A DNA stretch of 64,000 nucleotides, taken from Chiloscyllium plagiosum. Taxonomy: Eukaryota. Both the position numbers and the translations under genes were made by a program. The notes beneath the pieces were generated by a model. It searched no databases. It was not told the origin of the DNA and saw only the letters and a list, made by a program, of their open reading frames with translations. Shown here piece after piece: positions 51,001 to 61,053 of the stretch (the first letter of the stretch is position 1; every line of letters starts with the position of its first letter). Location of the stretch: positions 88,077,424 through 88,141,423 of the forward strand of contig NC_057718.1 of NCBI RefSeq assembly GCF_004010195.1, read 5' to 3'.

Positions 51001-54000
51001 GGAGACATTAGCTGAAGAGCAACATGAAGTTACCTGCAGTCCAGGGGAGATAACTGGTGCCAGTTTCCAGTCGAGTGGTCAAGCTGAAAAGAAACACCAA
51101 CATGGCAACCTAAGCCACAAGGATGTTGAGATTCAAGGAAGGTGGGAGGGGAGAGCCAGCTCCATTCATCTCACTGAGACCGGCCTGGTGTCTGGCCAAA
51201 ATTCTCCAGCTTTGCCCAAACTGGAATTGAAGACTGTTGAGTCACTGAATGAGAGGCTGGTGTTGCCTGAGAAAGCGCACACAAAGCTGAAGAATGATTG
51301 GGAAGAATGCAGCAAGAGGCACAGCTTCCTGGCTCCTGACAGCGATTTGAGTTCTTGTGGACTGGGAGGTTTTGTTTCTGAGGAGAGCCTTCGGTTCAGT
51401 GGCGACGAAGCTCCCAATCTCAACCACCTGATGGAGAAGAGTCAGTCGGGCTGGAACAGCTCTGCCAATTCTCACTGTGAATCACGTGAATCCATCCCGG
51501 ACATACTGTCTGAGGAGGTGGACGAGATCTGGAATGACCTGGAGGACTACATCAGGAAAAGCGAGGAGACCAGGCGGGACCGTCTACCTGCAGCCTTCCC
51601 GGTCAGTGAGGATGATCTGAGTGGACCGGCTAGCACCCAGGAAAGCCAGAGGGAAAGGTCGCTTGCTTGCTCCACTAAGGTGTGCCCTAGCTTTGTTGAA
51701 GCAGTGAAGAACAAATCTGGCAGATTGAGCACTAGCAGTGTCAAAACAGACAGCAGTGAGCCAAGTGGGGAAGCGTCAGTGTTAACTGCGAGTGTTGCCT
51801 CCTTCTTGGATGGTGAGGTGGTTGAGACAGAGAGTTTGTGGCGCAGTACTAATGTTGAGACTGTTGTTCAGGATCTAGATATCATGGATCGAACCAAACG
51901 CAGAGTCTATTACATGGCCCGGCAGTACAGCCAAAAAATCAAGAAGGCTAATCAGCTGCTCAAGATGAAGAACACAGCAGAACAATCACCCTCTGATCAA
52001 CCCAAGAGAAAATGCAAGGACCTGGTGGCTATTTTGGAAGAAAAGAAACAAGGTGGAACTGCCATTGGTATGTAGAATCATCCCCAAAACCTTCTATTTG
52101 TTGGATGAGCTTCCAATGCTTTTGCAGTGACCTACTTTCATCTTTAACATTGTCCATCTCTGCCCTTCACTCAATGCTTAATGTTTCAACCTTAACCTCA
52201 CACTTCTGTTCTTAAGTTTGAGCTATATCAAAATTCTGTTGCTTGTATCCTCAATCATACCATTTTCTATTTTCACATCGTCCATGCCTTCGCTGACCAT
52301 CATAGCTCCTGAAGCAATGTTTGTACTTCTTTCCAAGTTCTTCCTCCTCCCCTTCATGTCTGTATAACCGCTTTCAGCTTTCTAACCCTCAGTTGCTGCT
52401 CTAGTTCTGACTCCTTGTGCATGCCTAATTTTACTGGGTCCACCATTGTTGGCCATAATGGCTTAAAATGATTGGGAGGGGATGGGAACCTGAAAGGATC
52501 TCCAGATCAGAGACAGTTTAAAAACTGCTAACAGAAGTTTAAAAAAAAAATCTGAAGATGGATAATGTAAAGGCAAGTAGCAAACAGGAATAGAATGCCC
52601 AATTAAAAGCACTCTTATGAGAATGCACATCACATTGCAAATGAGGTTGAGTTTTGAAGGCTTAAATTGAGCTAAATGTATTATTTAGTTAACACAAAGA
52701 TGTGGCAACAGGGTGACCAAGGTTGAGAACGGAATATTCAAGAGTACTCATCATTTTGGCCAAAAGGGAAAGGTGGGATAGCACTCTTAAAGCATCACTA
52801 AGATCATTAGTGAGAGAAGAACTTCAGTCAAAGGATCAAGATGTAGAATTTGTTTGAATGGGGCTAAGAACCAGCAAAGGGCAGCAAATATTGGGAGTTG
52901 TTCATCCACAAAACAATAGTGGTAATGTTGGGCACAATTATGAATTGAGAAATTAGAAATGTGTTGTGTGTAATACAGTAATGATTGTGATTTGGATTTA
53001 CTTGTGGTTTGGATGAGCAACAGTGCTATGGGTGATGTGTATATGAGAAATTTCTGGAGGAGTTAAGATCTTACTAACACAAACAGCAAACAGAGTTTCA
53101 ACCTTTCAAACACCATCCTTTTACAGATGCTCATTTAGAGAGAAATTTCTCTTCTATCTAAACTCTAAGTTTGTACCTAACTCCTCCCAGTTCCCTCTCG
53201 TTGGAATGCGTCAGCAGTTTTACGATTCCTTTGAGTCCACTAGCATGAATCTTTCACAGTTTTATGGCCTCCATTCTACCAACCTGAAGATTTCTATCTG
53301 AAGCTCTCCTGGTTTGGAAGCTACATAAACAAAAATACTTCAGCTGGAGTGACTGGTTCCCTTGAATGAAAAGCTTGATTCTCCTGCTAGGAGAAAGTGT
53401 TGCTCTTCTGAACCAAACTCCTGATTTCCCTGAATCAAATTCAAAGCTAAAACTAATGGTGATTTCATCTGTTGTAAATTTGAAGTATAAACGTTCCATC
53501 TGCTAACACTATAGGGGTTCTGCCAGGCACTTAAATGTGATTATCTGTTTTTGTAATCGATGCACAGCTTCAAGTCATTTTTTTGACCAGTTTTTAAAAA
53601 CAATGACCCAAATCCATGTGCGTCTGTTTTGAAATAGAAGTCCAAAATATACATATAAAATAACCTTCTATCACATGAAGGGCTTGGAAACTGAGAAAAA
53701 ATAGAGCTAGCATTTGAAAATTTTATCAGATTGAAAGTTGGTAACTTCTGGTCCAGGTGCATTACCTTTCAAAGGATTGAAGGTGGGGTTTATTACAGCA
53801 GCGGTAGCTATCTTTTCAAATTCTGTAAATTATAAAAAACATTCCTGCAGACTGGAAACTAGCAAATGTGACCCAGTTTTTTTTTAAAGAAAGGAGGGGA
53901 ATATTAGAATGCAATGGATGTCCAGACTAATTCCAGGAATGACAGGTTTATCTTATTCTAAGAGACTGGAGTCTAAATTTGTATTCTCTAGAGTTTCAAC

Positions 54001-57000
54001 AATTGAGAGATGTTCTTATTGAAACTTATATTCTCATAAGGTCTGATAGGGTGGATATCGGTAGATGTTTCCCTTGGTAAGTCTATAATCAAGAGACATC
54101 TCAAACTAATGGGTTGACTGGGAAAGACCTGAGGAGAACTTTTTTAGTGGTAAATCTTTTGAACCCGTACCCTCAAGGATTGTGAAAGCTGATTGAGCAT
54201 CTTTGAGACTGAAATTGTTGGATTTGTGGAGAATGATGTGATCTAAGAAGAGGCAATCATTGATCCAATTGAATGGTACAACAGGATGTTCTTTTTTCTT
54301 TGGCTGTCATGGATGAGATCTGGAAATCCCTCATTAAGCACTTATGCTACTATTCTCATTCATTTTTCTTAAAGCTACCTCTTTTATCCAATCTGGTGTC
54401 AGTCTTTTCTATTATTACTTACGAGGTGACACAGGATTTAAGATTAGACCAGGGTTTAATATACAGTCGGTTCTGCTATAACGCAAATTGGCTTTAACGC
54501 AATTCCGGCTCATTAGATTAAACGCTGTGGGTATTGTATGATTTTCGTAACACAAGATCGCATGAGAATGGAGCTGTTGTGTTTTATCAGAACCAATTGT
54601 AGTCCTTTTATTTGTAAGTTTGCATTGGTCAAGTTTACTGCAGCCTTTTTCCTTCAGTTTTTGTGAATGCAGTCTGATCAGTACTAAATGCTGTTAAGTT
54701 GTTTGGTGAAGATTTGTAGAAAAGTAGCCTCTTGTCTCCGGAATAGAGCAGTTTCTCTTAGATGCTTGCCTAAGCAATTGAGCCAACATGTTTTATAATT
54801 TATTCATGGGTTGTGGGAATCATAGGCAAGACTAGGATTTATTGCCACCTTGAAGTGGTAGTGAGTGAACTCCTTGAACCCTGGCAGTCTGTTGCATAGG
54901 TACAGCCTTGCACAGCTTTCAGGAGATACTTACTTGGATTTTAATCCAATTAGTGAAAGAATGGTGAAATAGACCCTAGACAGGAGTGTGTGTAACCAGG
55001 AGAGGAATTTGAACATGTTGGTTTTTCCATATATCTGCCTTTTGTTCTCCTTGATGAAGGTCAGGACTTTGGCCGATGCTTCAGGATGAGCCATGGCCAC
55101 TTGTGCTGTTATCACCTTGAGAATTCAGGATCCTGAATCATCCATCCAAAATGTTATGAACTACAGAAGATGAAGATTTCCATTTATTCAGTTACTTACA
55201 TAACCACAGGGAATGCCTAGCTGTTTTATTTCTAAATTTCCGCTTGGGTGGTCTAAATTTAGGGGACACAGTTTAAAAGTAAGGTGTCTCCCTTTTAATA
55301 CAGATGAGCTTTTCTCCTCTAGGATTTGCGCAATGTGGAATCTTTCCCTAGAAGATAATGAAGGGTAGACTTTTGAAGTTTATTCAAAACTGAGTTAGAT
55401 TTTATCATAGAGGAGTTTGAGGTACAGATAGGAAGGTGGAGATGAGACCACAGGCAGGTCAGCTCTAACCTTATTGACTACTGGAGCAGGTTTGAAAGGC
55501 CAAATGGCCTATTTTCTGCTCAGAAATCCTATTGTGCCCCCTCTGCCCAGACCTGTCATCAACATAAATATCCCCCCCTTTTTCCTGTCTGCTCTCATTT
55601 ATAAAGTTAACTCTGCTTTCTCTCCACAGATGTTATCAGACCAGTTGAGTTTCTCCAGCAGTTTGTTTTTCTATGTTAAGATTAGAATTAGGCCATTCAT
55701 GGTGATGACATAACATACCTTTACACACAAGATGGTGGAAAATGGGAACACTGTCCACCCAAGAACTGCTGAGGCTTGGTTAATTGTAATTTTCACATCA
55801 ATTTTTTTTGGTCTGTAAGGATTAAGGAGATCAGAGTAAACAATGAAACATCTAGGGATGGGGCTGAATGGCCCACTGTTGTTCCTTTACTCCTCTGCCT
55901 GTTCCAGTAGAATTGCCCAGATGTACGAAAGACTTGGTAAACTTCCAAAAGCTTCCTTTTTTAAAATTCATTCAGAGAAAGGTGCTGGCTAGGCTGGCAT
56001 TTGTATGCCAACCCTGATTGCCTAGAAGATAATTGAGAGTTAGTCATATTGCAGTAGGTCTGGAGTCACATTTAGGCCATACTGTGTAAGGATGGCAGAT
56101 ATCTGATTTATTTGAAGGAACTTAATGGACCAGATGGGTTTCTATGACAATCAAGTGATTACACAGTTGCCATTAGGCTAACCTTTTATTCTATAGCTGA
56201 ATTTGAATTCAATAAATATATCTGCCATGGTGGAGACTTGAGCCCATGTCCCTAGAACATTAGCCTGGGGTTCTGGATTGCTAGCTTAGTGATGTTACCA
56301 TGGCACTGCCACCACCTCCTCTAAACCTTCATTGATATACAGCTTGTAATCATAGAATCCTTACTGATGGAGGCTGTTTGGCCCATTGAGTCTGCACTGA
56401 CCCTCAGAAGATTCTACGTCCTACCTTACCCCTGTAACCCCACATTTACCATAGCCACCCTACCTAGCTTGCACAGCCCTACACACTGCAGGGAACTTAG
56501 CATGGCCGATCCATCTAATGTGCACATCTTTGGACTGTAGGAGGAAACCAGAGCACCTGGCGGAAACCCACACAGACATAAGGAAAACATGCAAACTCCA
56601 CACAGACTGTAATCAAACCCAGATCCCTGGCGCTGTGCTAACCACTAAGCCACCTTGCTGCCTCTGTAATGTCAGGGTTATTTCTGTTTACACTTGTTTA
56701 ACCAGTAATTTTTTTTTTATTTCTCAGGTGCCCGAATTGCTGAATACTCCCAGCTGTATGACCAGTTCCTGTTCAAAGAGACTCCGTCTAAATCATCACC
56801 AAGTGTGCCAGTAGACAACAGTGGGGAGGTGTGTGCTCAAAAGACTATGCAAAGCCCAGTCTCTGGTCATCCCTCCCATGGGCAGTCCCTGGGCACTGAG
56901 GACTGGCTGCTACACTCTACCTACAGTAATGGGGAGTTGGCAGACTTTGTTGCCTGGCCAGATATTCAGGGACTTGCAGCTAAATATTCCATCCAAGAGA

Positions 57001-57761
57001 AGAATGTGACAAATGGGCGACTTCAGAGTAGAGGGGGGTTGGCTGGCTCAGTCCCCTCTGTTGCAGCCTGTCCATCTGTCCCAATGCAGCAACGATGGAG
57101 TGCCATTATTGTCCCACCTGGTGGGTCAGATTGCTCGGTGGCCCATGGCGACAACTCCCTAGGTCGCAGGACGAGTGAGGGTAAGCAGCGGGAGACTTCG
57201 CTGCCTTCTCCAGCTGTGATAACAAGCCAATCTGCTGACTCCATCAATCGTACTTTGGATAAGCAGGCACTATTCTCTAGCCAGGACCCTGCCTCTGACA
57301 GACTACATGTTGGGAGCCAAGAGATTGACGAGCCAGCTCTGACTTTACGGGACTCTCAAAAGGTCGTTGTAGTTAACAGGGTTCCACCCCTTGATGCCCA
57401 ATTGGCAACACAGAACTACTTTGCCAATTTCAATGACACTGGGGAAGATGATGAAGACTACGTGGAGATTAAGTCTGAGGATGAGGATTATGAAGACCTG
57501 GATGAGGGAACCTTTACTCATGACCTGAGCTTCCATTTTAATGGCAAAGCAGAATCTGCTCCCGAACCTGGCAATACCCGTTTGGCTCGTGCCTCCTGTA
57601 TCCCATTGTCAGATAGCGATGCAATGGGCTCTTTAACTATCTTGGCAGAGCCTGACCAGCTGAGCCACTATCTCTGGCGGGAACCCTCTCCCAGCCAGCA
57701 GAATATTGTTCAGACTCTGCGGGACAAGTTTCAGTGTCTCAGCTCCAGCAGCTTTGCTTGA
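11969..57761 (+). CDS. PLEKHG1: PLEKHG1 (DH-PH RhoGEF), 5'-partial, 15 coding exons in window: 11969-12069, 19376-19445, 21677-21723, 23416-23566, 25636-25767, 26934-27116, 28437-28532, 29686-29772, 31299-31332, 34846-34944, 38629-38664, 38855-38871, 41888-42103, 50396-52067, 56728-57761
   Basis: Manual splicing gives one open frame of 3975 nt with AG/GT boundaries and matching phases. The peptide [19 protein letters not shown]...[21 protein letters not shown]...[16 protein letters not shown]...[16 protein letters not shown]...[17 protein letters not shown]...[12 protein letters not shown]...[11 protein letters not shown] matches PLEKHG1 as I recall it. Confidence 0.93.
12307..12360. repeat. 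Compound tetranucleotide microsatellite (TACT)n/(CACC)n/(TACC)n
   Basis: Seen directly. Confidence 0.9.
12544..12858 (+). mobile_element. HE1-type SINE, diverged
   Basis: GGTGGTACAGTGG head, gtgtggaatttgcacattctcccc core, ggattctatgattcta tail. Confidence 0.8.
14300..14962 (-). mobile_element. Two CR1 3'-end fragments
   Basis: Both similar to 1-300 and 19612-19990. Confidence 0.75.
15000..16353 (+). mobile_element. Old CR1 LINE ORF2 remnant with 3' tail
   Basis: Degenerate KAFDK.PH, TSGV, LVRP..EYC motifs; ends gggctgaatggcctactcctgttgctatgttccta. Confidence 0.8.
17548..18231 (-). mobile_element. CR1 LINE 3' fragment with 8-bp TSD, interrupted by a 90-bp insert
   Basis: ORF 17734..18021 [16 protein letters not shown]...[21 protein letters not shown] at 17540-17547 and 18232-18239. 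Confidence 0.9.
18081..18170 (+). mobile_element. 90-bp Penelope terminal-repeat insert with hammerhead core
   Basis: TSD GCGGTCTAACCA at 18069-18080 and 18171-18182; nearly identical to 24750-24841. Confidence 0.88.
18985..19200 (-). mobile_element. HE1-type SINE fragment
   Basis: gggcaatttagcatggccaatcc...aaactccacacag...ggcagcagtgctaaccact. Confidence 0.8.
19376..19445 (+). CDS. PLEKHG1: PLEKHG1 exon (DH): [23 protein letters not shown]
   Basis: tgtttag|T ... AAG|gtaagt; 70 nt, phase 2 to 0; lies within ORF 19368..19616. Confidence 0.95.
19612..20492 (-). mobile_element. CR1 LINE 3' fragment
   Basis: ORFs 19864..20061 and 20105..20575 ([24 protein letters not shown]); (catagagt)n tail. 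Confidence 0.93.
21355..21616 (-). mobile_element. Older Penelope-like terminal-repeat remnant
   Basis: ggatgctg...gctgga...agcaggtctggc layout resembles the arm at 24080-24180; diverged. Confidence 0.5.
21677..21723 (+). CDS. PLEKHG1: PLEKHG1 exon (DH): [15 protein letters not shown](R)
   Basis: gtgcag|AGT ... CCCAG|gtaagg; 47 nt. Confidence 0.95.
21978..22149. repeat. 49-bp perfect direct repeat flanking a 74-bp Penelope RT fragment
   Basis: 21978-22026 is identical to 22101-22149; the spacer's reverse strand reads [24 protein letters not shown]. Confidence 0.9.
23416..23566 (+). CDS. PLEKHG1: PLEKHG1 exon (DH): [50 protein letters not shown]
   Basis: ttacag|A ... CAT|gtaagt; 151 nt; contains the Dbl-homology signature [15 protein letters not shown]. 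Confidence 0.97.
24080..24842. mobile_element. Penelope-derived element with inverted terminal arms and 16-bp TSD (gap 24181-24610)
   Basis: TATGGTAACTGCTGTG at 24064-24079 and 24843-24858; about 24113-24180 is the near-perfect reverse complement of about 24776-24843. Confidence 0.88.
24748..24785 (+). ncRNA. Minimal type I hammerhead ribozyme motif (Penelope-associated)
   Basis: CUGAAGA (24753-24759), an extra A, helix II GGGC-cuau-GCCC, GAAAC-GUC (24773-24780); helix I is short and imperfect. Confidence 0.7.
24890..25240 (+). mobile_element. Rex1/Babar-like LINE 3' end
   Basis: [19 protein letters not shown]...R..NSFF; ends cagtacatgtgacaataa. Confidence 0.65.
25636..25767 (+). CDS. PLEKHG1: PLEKHG1 exon (end of DH): [44 protein letters not shown]
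   Basis: ttacag|GAA ... CAG|gtaatt; 132 nt. Confidence 0.96.
26934..27116 (+). CDS. PLEKHG1: PLEKHG1 exon (PH): [61 protein letters not shown]
   Basis: cattaag|GAA ... TTG|gtaaga; 183 nt. Confidence 0.96.
27597..27907 (+). mobile_element. HE1-type tRNA-derived SINE, near full length
   Basis: Box A TGGCACAGTGG, box B GGTTCAATTCC, (aatct)n tail; CTTAGTC at 27591-27597 and 27908-27914. Confidence 0.9.
28050..28215 (+). mobile_element. Deu-domain SINE remnant (SacSINE1/AmnSINE1-like)
   Basis: ctgagggaatgc..attgtcagag.tgcc..cttttggatgtgacatt...ctctcag resembles the Deu domain as I recall it; similar decayed copies lie near 3660, 13520 and 42320. Confidence 0.55.
28437..28532 (+). CDS. PLEKHG1: PLEKHG1 exon (PH): [32 protein letters not shown]
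   Basis: ccccag|TGT ... CAG|gtaaga; 96 nt. Confidence 0.96.
29686..29772 (+). CDS. PLEKHG1: PLEKHG1 exon (PH C-terminal helix): [29 protein letters not shown]
   Basis: ctaacag|GCC ... AAG|gtgtga; 87 nt; conserved PH tryptophan. Confidence 0.95.
30355..30563. mobile_element. Fold-back element made of two inverted Penelope terminal-repeat arms
   Basis: Palindromic centre caggaatga-aggcc-tcattcctg; the arms pair out to gctggaaaagcac / gtgcttttccagc. Confidence 0.85.
31299..31332 (+). CDS. PLEKHG1: PLEKHG1 short exon: [11 protein letters not shown](H)
   Basis: ttaacag|GCA ... ATTC|gtaagt; 34 nt, phase 0 to 1. Confidence 0.92.
31770..33545 (-). mobile_element. Old LINE remnant (CR1/L2 group)
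   Basis: Minus ORF 32277..32525 contains [15 protein letters not shown]...PL; highly decayed. Confidence 0.6.
34846..34944 (+). CDS. PLEKHG1: PLEKHG1 exon: [32 protein letters not shown](E)
   Basis: ctgcag|AT ... TCTG|gtacag; 99 nt, phase 1 to 1; lies within ORF 34674..35054. Confidence 0.92.
35450..35625 (-). mobile_element. Penelope terminal-repeat copy with hammerhead core on the minus strand
   Basis: TCATCAG at 35560-35566; the minus strand reads CTGATGA-A-GGGCTTTTACCC-GAAACCTC. Confidence 0.8.
35800..36335 (+). mobile_element. Old CR1 3' fragment
   Basis: [23 protein letters not shown] in ORF 35657..35899; CR1 tail. Confidence 0.75.
38629..38664 (+). CDS. PLEKHG1: PLEKHG1 short exon: (E)[11 protein letters not shown]
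   Basis: ttgcag|AA CCA TCG ... TTGG|gtcagt; 36 nt, phase 1 to 1; completes the RRKSEPS motif. Confidence 0.85.
38855..38871 (+). CDS. PLEKHG1: PLEKHG1 17-nt microexon: (E)RRQDK
   Basis: Branch-like CTAAT and a long pyrimidine tract, tttcag|AAAGAAGACAAGATAAG|gtaaac; converts phase 1 to phase 0 as the downstream exons require. Confidence 0.75.
39700..40860 (+). mobile_element. Stacked old CR1 remnants
   Basis: [15 protein letters not shown] (ORF 40079..40261) and QQVIRK.N..LAYI.R (ORF 40620..40826). Confidence 0.7.
40869..41188 (-). mobile_element. HE1-type SINE, full length
   Basis: Reverse-complement match to 27597-27907, including boxes A and B and the tail. Confidence 0.9.
41105..41397. 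repeat. 146/147-bp tandem duplication (SINE head plus flank)
   Basis: 41105-41250 versus 41251-41397: one substitution and one 1-bp indel. Confidence 0.92.
41888..42103 (+). CDS. PLEKHG1: PLEKHG1 candidate cassette exon, 72 aa, acidic: [23 protein letters not shown]...[14 protein letters not shown]
   Basis: ctaacag|CGT ... CAG|gttgaa; 216 nt, phase 0 to 0; in frame with ORF 41924..42151; unique sequence between repeats. The donor position is less certain. Confidence 0.7.
42613..42803 (-). mobile_element. HE1-type SINE 3' half
   Basis: (ttaga)n tail and a match to 40869-41058. Confidence 0.85.
42804..44130 (-). mobile_element. CR1 LINE remnant
   Basis: ORF 43141..43530 [14 protein letters not shown]...LVRRLLEY. 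Confidence 0.8.
44284..44660 (+). mobile_element. CR1 3' end
   Basis: Close match to 2303-2680. Confidence 0.85.
46000..47930 (+). mobile_element. Old CR1 ORF2 remnant
   Basis: Degenerate PGPDG.H, LDFQKVF.KV, TSGVP.GSV and K.ADETKI motifs; CR1 tail near 47900. Confidence 0.8.
48627..48928 (-). mobile_element. Penelope-like 3' fragment (GIY-YIG end plus hammerhead-bearing terminal repeat), internally deleted
   Basis: ORF 48565..48915 [20 protein letters not shown]...[15 protein letters not shown] at 48746-48752. Confidence 0.85.
49258..49605 (+). mobile_element. tRNA-derived SINE of a second family
   Basis: Box A-like TGGCTTAGTGG, box B-like GTTTGAATCC; a diverged reverse copy lies at about 55960-56320. 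Confidence 0.7.
50396..52067 (+). CDS. PLEKHG1: PLEKHG1 large penultimate exon (Ser/Glu-rich tail)
   Basis: ttttcag|GTG ... ATTG|gtatgt; 1672 nt; 559-aa ORF in the track; motifs [39 protein letters not shown]. Confidence 0.95.
54464..54599. mobile_element. 136-bp MITE, Tc1/mariner-pogo type
   Basis: TA on both sides; TIRs CAGTCGGTTCTGCTATAACGC / GTGTTTTATCAGAACCAATTG (16 of 21 match). Confidence 0.7.
56350..56660 (-). mobile_element. HE1-type SINE, diverged, ending about 70 bp before the last exon
   Basis: tttggactgtaggaggaaaccagagcacc...aaactccacacagac. Confidence 0.8.
56728..57761 (+). CDS. PLEKHG1: PLEKHG1 last coding exon: (G)[12 protein letters not shown]...[19 protein letters not shown]
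   Basis: ttctcag|GT GCC CGA; in frame with ORF 56805..57761; TGA at 57759-57761. Confidence 0.95.
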
Positions 57762-60727
57762 ACATTTCATCTCCGTTTGAAGACTGAAGAGAGAGAAGAG
57801 GGGAAACCATTACGTATTAACTGTTTGCAAGCACTTCGTGTAGATTTCCAGTTATCTTGCCACCATTGTGCTATTGCTGCTGAAGTCAGCGAACCTTTTG
57901 TGTTAAATAGTATCTAGGTTGTGGCAATGGACAAGTTTTGAAAGAAAGAAATGCAAATGAGGGTTTAGTTTTGTGTAAAGCAGGAACCAGTGGAAAAAGT
58001 GACTAGGAAATGCAGATATATCTTGCATGCTATGAGGAATTTGGGTGGTCAAGTGTTCCACTTGGGGGTTTGAAGGTTGGACCTGGGGTGATTGCCTGCC
58101 CGTCATTGTTCCAGTTCATGTATTGACTCCAGTGTCATTCAGTTTTGTTTTATGGGGCACGGGGTGGAAATGATCTGGACGGAAGATGGCCTGGTCTGTG
58201 GGCGTCCTAATCTCTGAGACTGAGGATATTACAGTTTCTCACATTGAATTGCATAAAACTGCAAATGGAACAAGTTGGGCAAGATTTCTTCTCCCTGCTC
58301 AGCCAGCTATGGGACCATTATTGAAATTCTGAGCAATGCATAGTAAGGGATGGAAAGACTGGCAAGTGTGAACAGTATAGTGGTCTTCTTGGAATCCGTC
58401 AAATGAAAAATCAGATCAAAGAGGAAGAAAGCCCAGTCCTCTATCAGTTTGTCTGTCATTTTCCACAGACCACCAGTGTGTTTTATTTTTATTCTAAACA
58501 ACACAAAGGTTCAGTGCTCTTGACTAGTCAGTGACCAGCTGGAAAAGTGACCTCATGATATAACTGGAATCCTATAGCCTGTTGGTTATCCATCCCCTAT
58601 ATTTTTTACTGTTTTCCTCTGTACTAAACACCCCCAGCCAACCTCTCACAGCCCCTGCACCTCACCTGATGGTATTGCATCAAACAGATTTGATTCCACC
58701 TATCAAAGCACTAATGCTAAATGCCTTCAGGCTTCTCTTACTCACTTATGCTAAGCTAGCCATCCTTTTCAAAAGAATAGACATTGAGAAACTGGGAACT
58801 TTAACAGTTTAGCTTGCTCAGCTGAGGCTAAGATTAAAGGCAAAAGTACCTCTGCTCACTTGGAGAGGGAGGCAATTTACATGAGCACTGCACATTCTGA
58901 GACAGGTGAGGATAATCAATGACAGTGATGGGGGCTAGGGTAAGAATGGGTGATGACTGGTGGAGAAAGCATTTTGAATTTCAGGAAGCACTGTTGATGC
59001 CCTATCATGAGCCACTTACCAAATAGACATCTCCTATATTGATAGTCTCTGCCAGTTTGACGACAGTGACTTTTCTTTTCTATTATTAAGCACAGAGTGG
59101 TTAGGAGAAGGTGGTACTACAGATTATGGTGACTAATGAAGAAATGAGGGAATGCACTACCTTAAAACCATGTACTGATTACATTGATGCATTGGTCTCT
59201 GTTTGATTCTGTACATTCCACATGGTTATTTCATGGTTATAGATTTTCACATCAACTATTGGTTATGGGTAACTGGAAGTTGTTTCAATTGTTGAATCTG
59301 TTTTTCATCTTCAGCTCATTCATTATTCTGAGACTAGGGTATAAACTTGTTCATAACCCTTTACCCTACTCTGACTCCATCCACCTCCATTCCAGCTCCA
59401 CAGAGGGTGACAGTTACTGCTAGTGTAACCTCCATCCTAATCATAACTCTAATTGTGAAGAAGATCTTAATGTTCAGTGAAAAGATGCTGTTTGTGATCA
59501 GAGATCAATTGCAAAGTGTTTCTCATGGATTTATCAAGCATTGAAAATGAGTAACATGTTCACAACCAATGGGCAAATCTAGATGTAACACCAATCCAAA
59601 TCAAAATTTTGCATTCAAGTGTTGTCAAGCTATTTGTATAGTCATTTGTGTAGTATTCTTAAAGTGCTCAGAATATAGTATCTTAATATAATTGAAACCC
59701 CAGTTTTTAGAAATCCAGTCTCCTAAGGGTTAGTGTATCTGTATCGCAATTTAGTTGCTGTAGTAAATTCCATCAAAAAAATTTTTTCAAATTCTCCCTG
59801 CCTGTGTAGTTGGTTGAACCAGTCACCTTTTTCATTTTAGTTATCAGTGGGCTGGATATAAGGGTAAGGAAGGTTCCACTCCATTCATTCATTATGAATT
59901 TACACTGTAGGTTTATTATAGAACTGTGTACTGCTTTGAAATCTTGTAGAATAAGCCATACATTAGGTGCCCAAGAGGTTTTTATAGATTTGCATCACAG
60001 CTATTCCATCAGTACATCCCCAGGAAAATGATGGTGAAAATTACTGCGTTGTTTATATCTCTGTGCCTCCTTTCAAAATACATAAGCAATAAGTGTATAT
60101 TGAACCCAACTGTAGGTGACAGTACGGTGTATGACTCTATTGATATGAATTCCATTGCTTGGTTTTCCATTGCAAATTTGCTATTCCCTCATATTCATCC
60201 ATATAGAAAACTGGAAAACAAATGGAGAAATTGTTTTAAAGTGATGCACAGCTCCTATTTTAAGCAATAATGAGATGCACTTGTAGGAACTGAAGTGAGC
60301 ATTAAATGACTTCTAATCATGAAAACCAGTGGGACACAATAGTTCGCAAAATATAGTTAGAAATGTGTAAATTTTGTATCAATTATTTTTAATATTAGGT
60401 TAATACTTTATTGCAATTCTTCATTGGATATTTGCTCTAGTTAATGAGATTAAAATGAGAATCACTGAACTGGAGAGGAGAGATACTGGCGTTTATATTC
60501 TGGAAAATTATTTAAAGATATCCTGAAATTACCTGTTAATTTCCTATTATTAAAGATATCCTGAAATTACCTGTCATTCCTTTTTAGAAGCTATACTGTA
60601 CAAATTACATTGCCACCTGCAATGGTAAGGGATCATAATGAAAATCACTTGCAGTTCTGACATGTGGTACTTGAAGGTAATTTTTTCCAGTGTTAAAACT
60701 GAAGTGACTGCTGAGGTGACCATGTTA

Positions 60728-60737
60728 AATAAATAAA
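60728..60737 (+). promoter_or_regulatory. Candidate polyadenylation signal (two overlapping AATAAA)
   Basis: AATAAATAAA at 60728-60737. Confidence 0.4.
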
Positions 60738-61047
60738 AACTATCTCAGAAACTGGGGTTGTGATGCCTTGTCCTATGGATGAGAGATTGAGCTGAATAAT
60801 GACTTCCATTTTAAAAAAATGCACTTTTTATGGTTTATTTTGTAAAAATATCTGAATGTTGAACATGTAGCAAAATATTTTTTAAAAATTGCTCGCTTAA
60901 TTAATTTTACTTTGCTCAAAGAAAAGCTGAGCCTAATGCATGCCAAATTTACCAGGAATAGTTCTAAAATCTCATTTTAACTTTTATAATATTGTTTTGT
61001 CTGGAGGGACATTCTCAGTGTACACGATACAGAAATGATTGATTTGA

Positions 61048-61053
61048 AATAAA
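61048..61053 (+). promoter_or_regulatory. Candidate distal polyadenylation signal
   Basis: AATAAA followed 20-55 nt later by GT/T-rich sequence (tttgtctg, ttttgttgatctttttttt). Confidence 0.45.

Noticed and set aside
51166..51744. Antisense ORFs over the large exon
   Set aside because: Shadow frames of the PLEKHG1 coding strand with no independent support.
50396..52075. 559-aa and 318-aa ORFs as standalone single-exon genes
   Set aside because: The first begins at a splice acceptor (GTG = Val) and ends just past a donor. The second is in frame with the acceptor at 56728. Both are PLEKHG1 exons.
11969..57761. Assignment to paralogues PLEKHG2 or PLEKHG3
   Set aside because: The post-PH sequence [12 protein letters not shown] and the C-terminus [11 protein letters not shown] fit PLEKHG1 as I recall it. 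Reciprocal BLAST and synteny would settle it.
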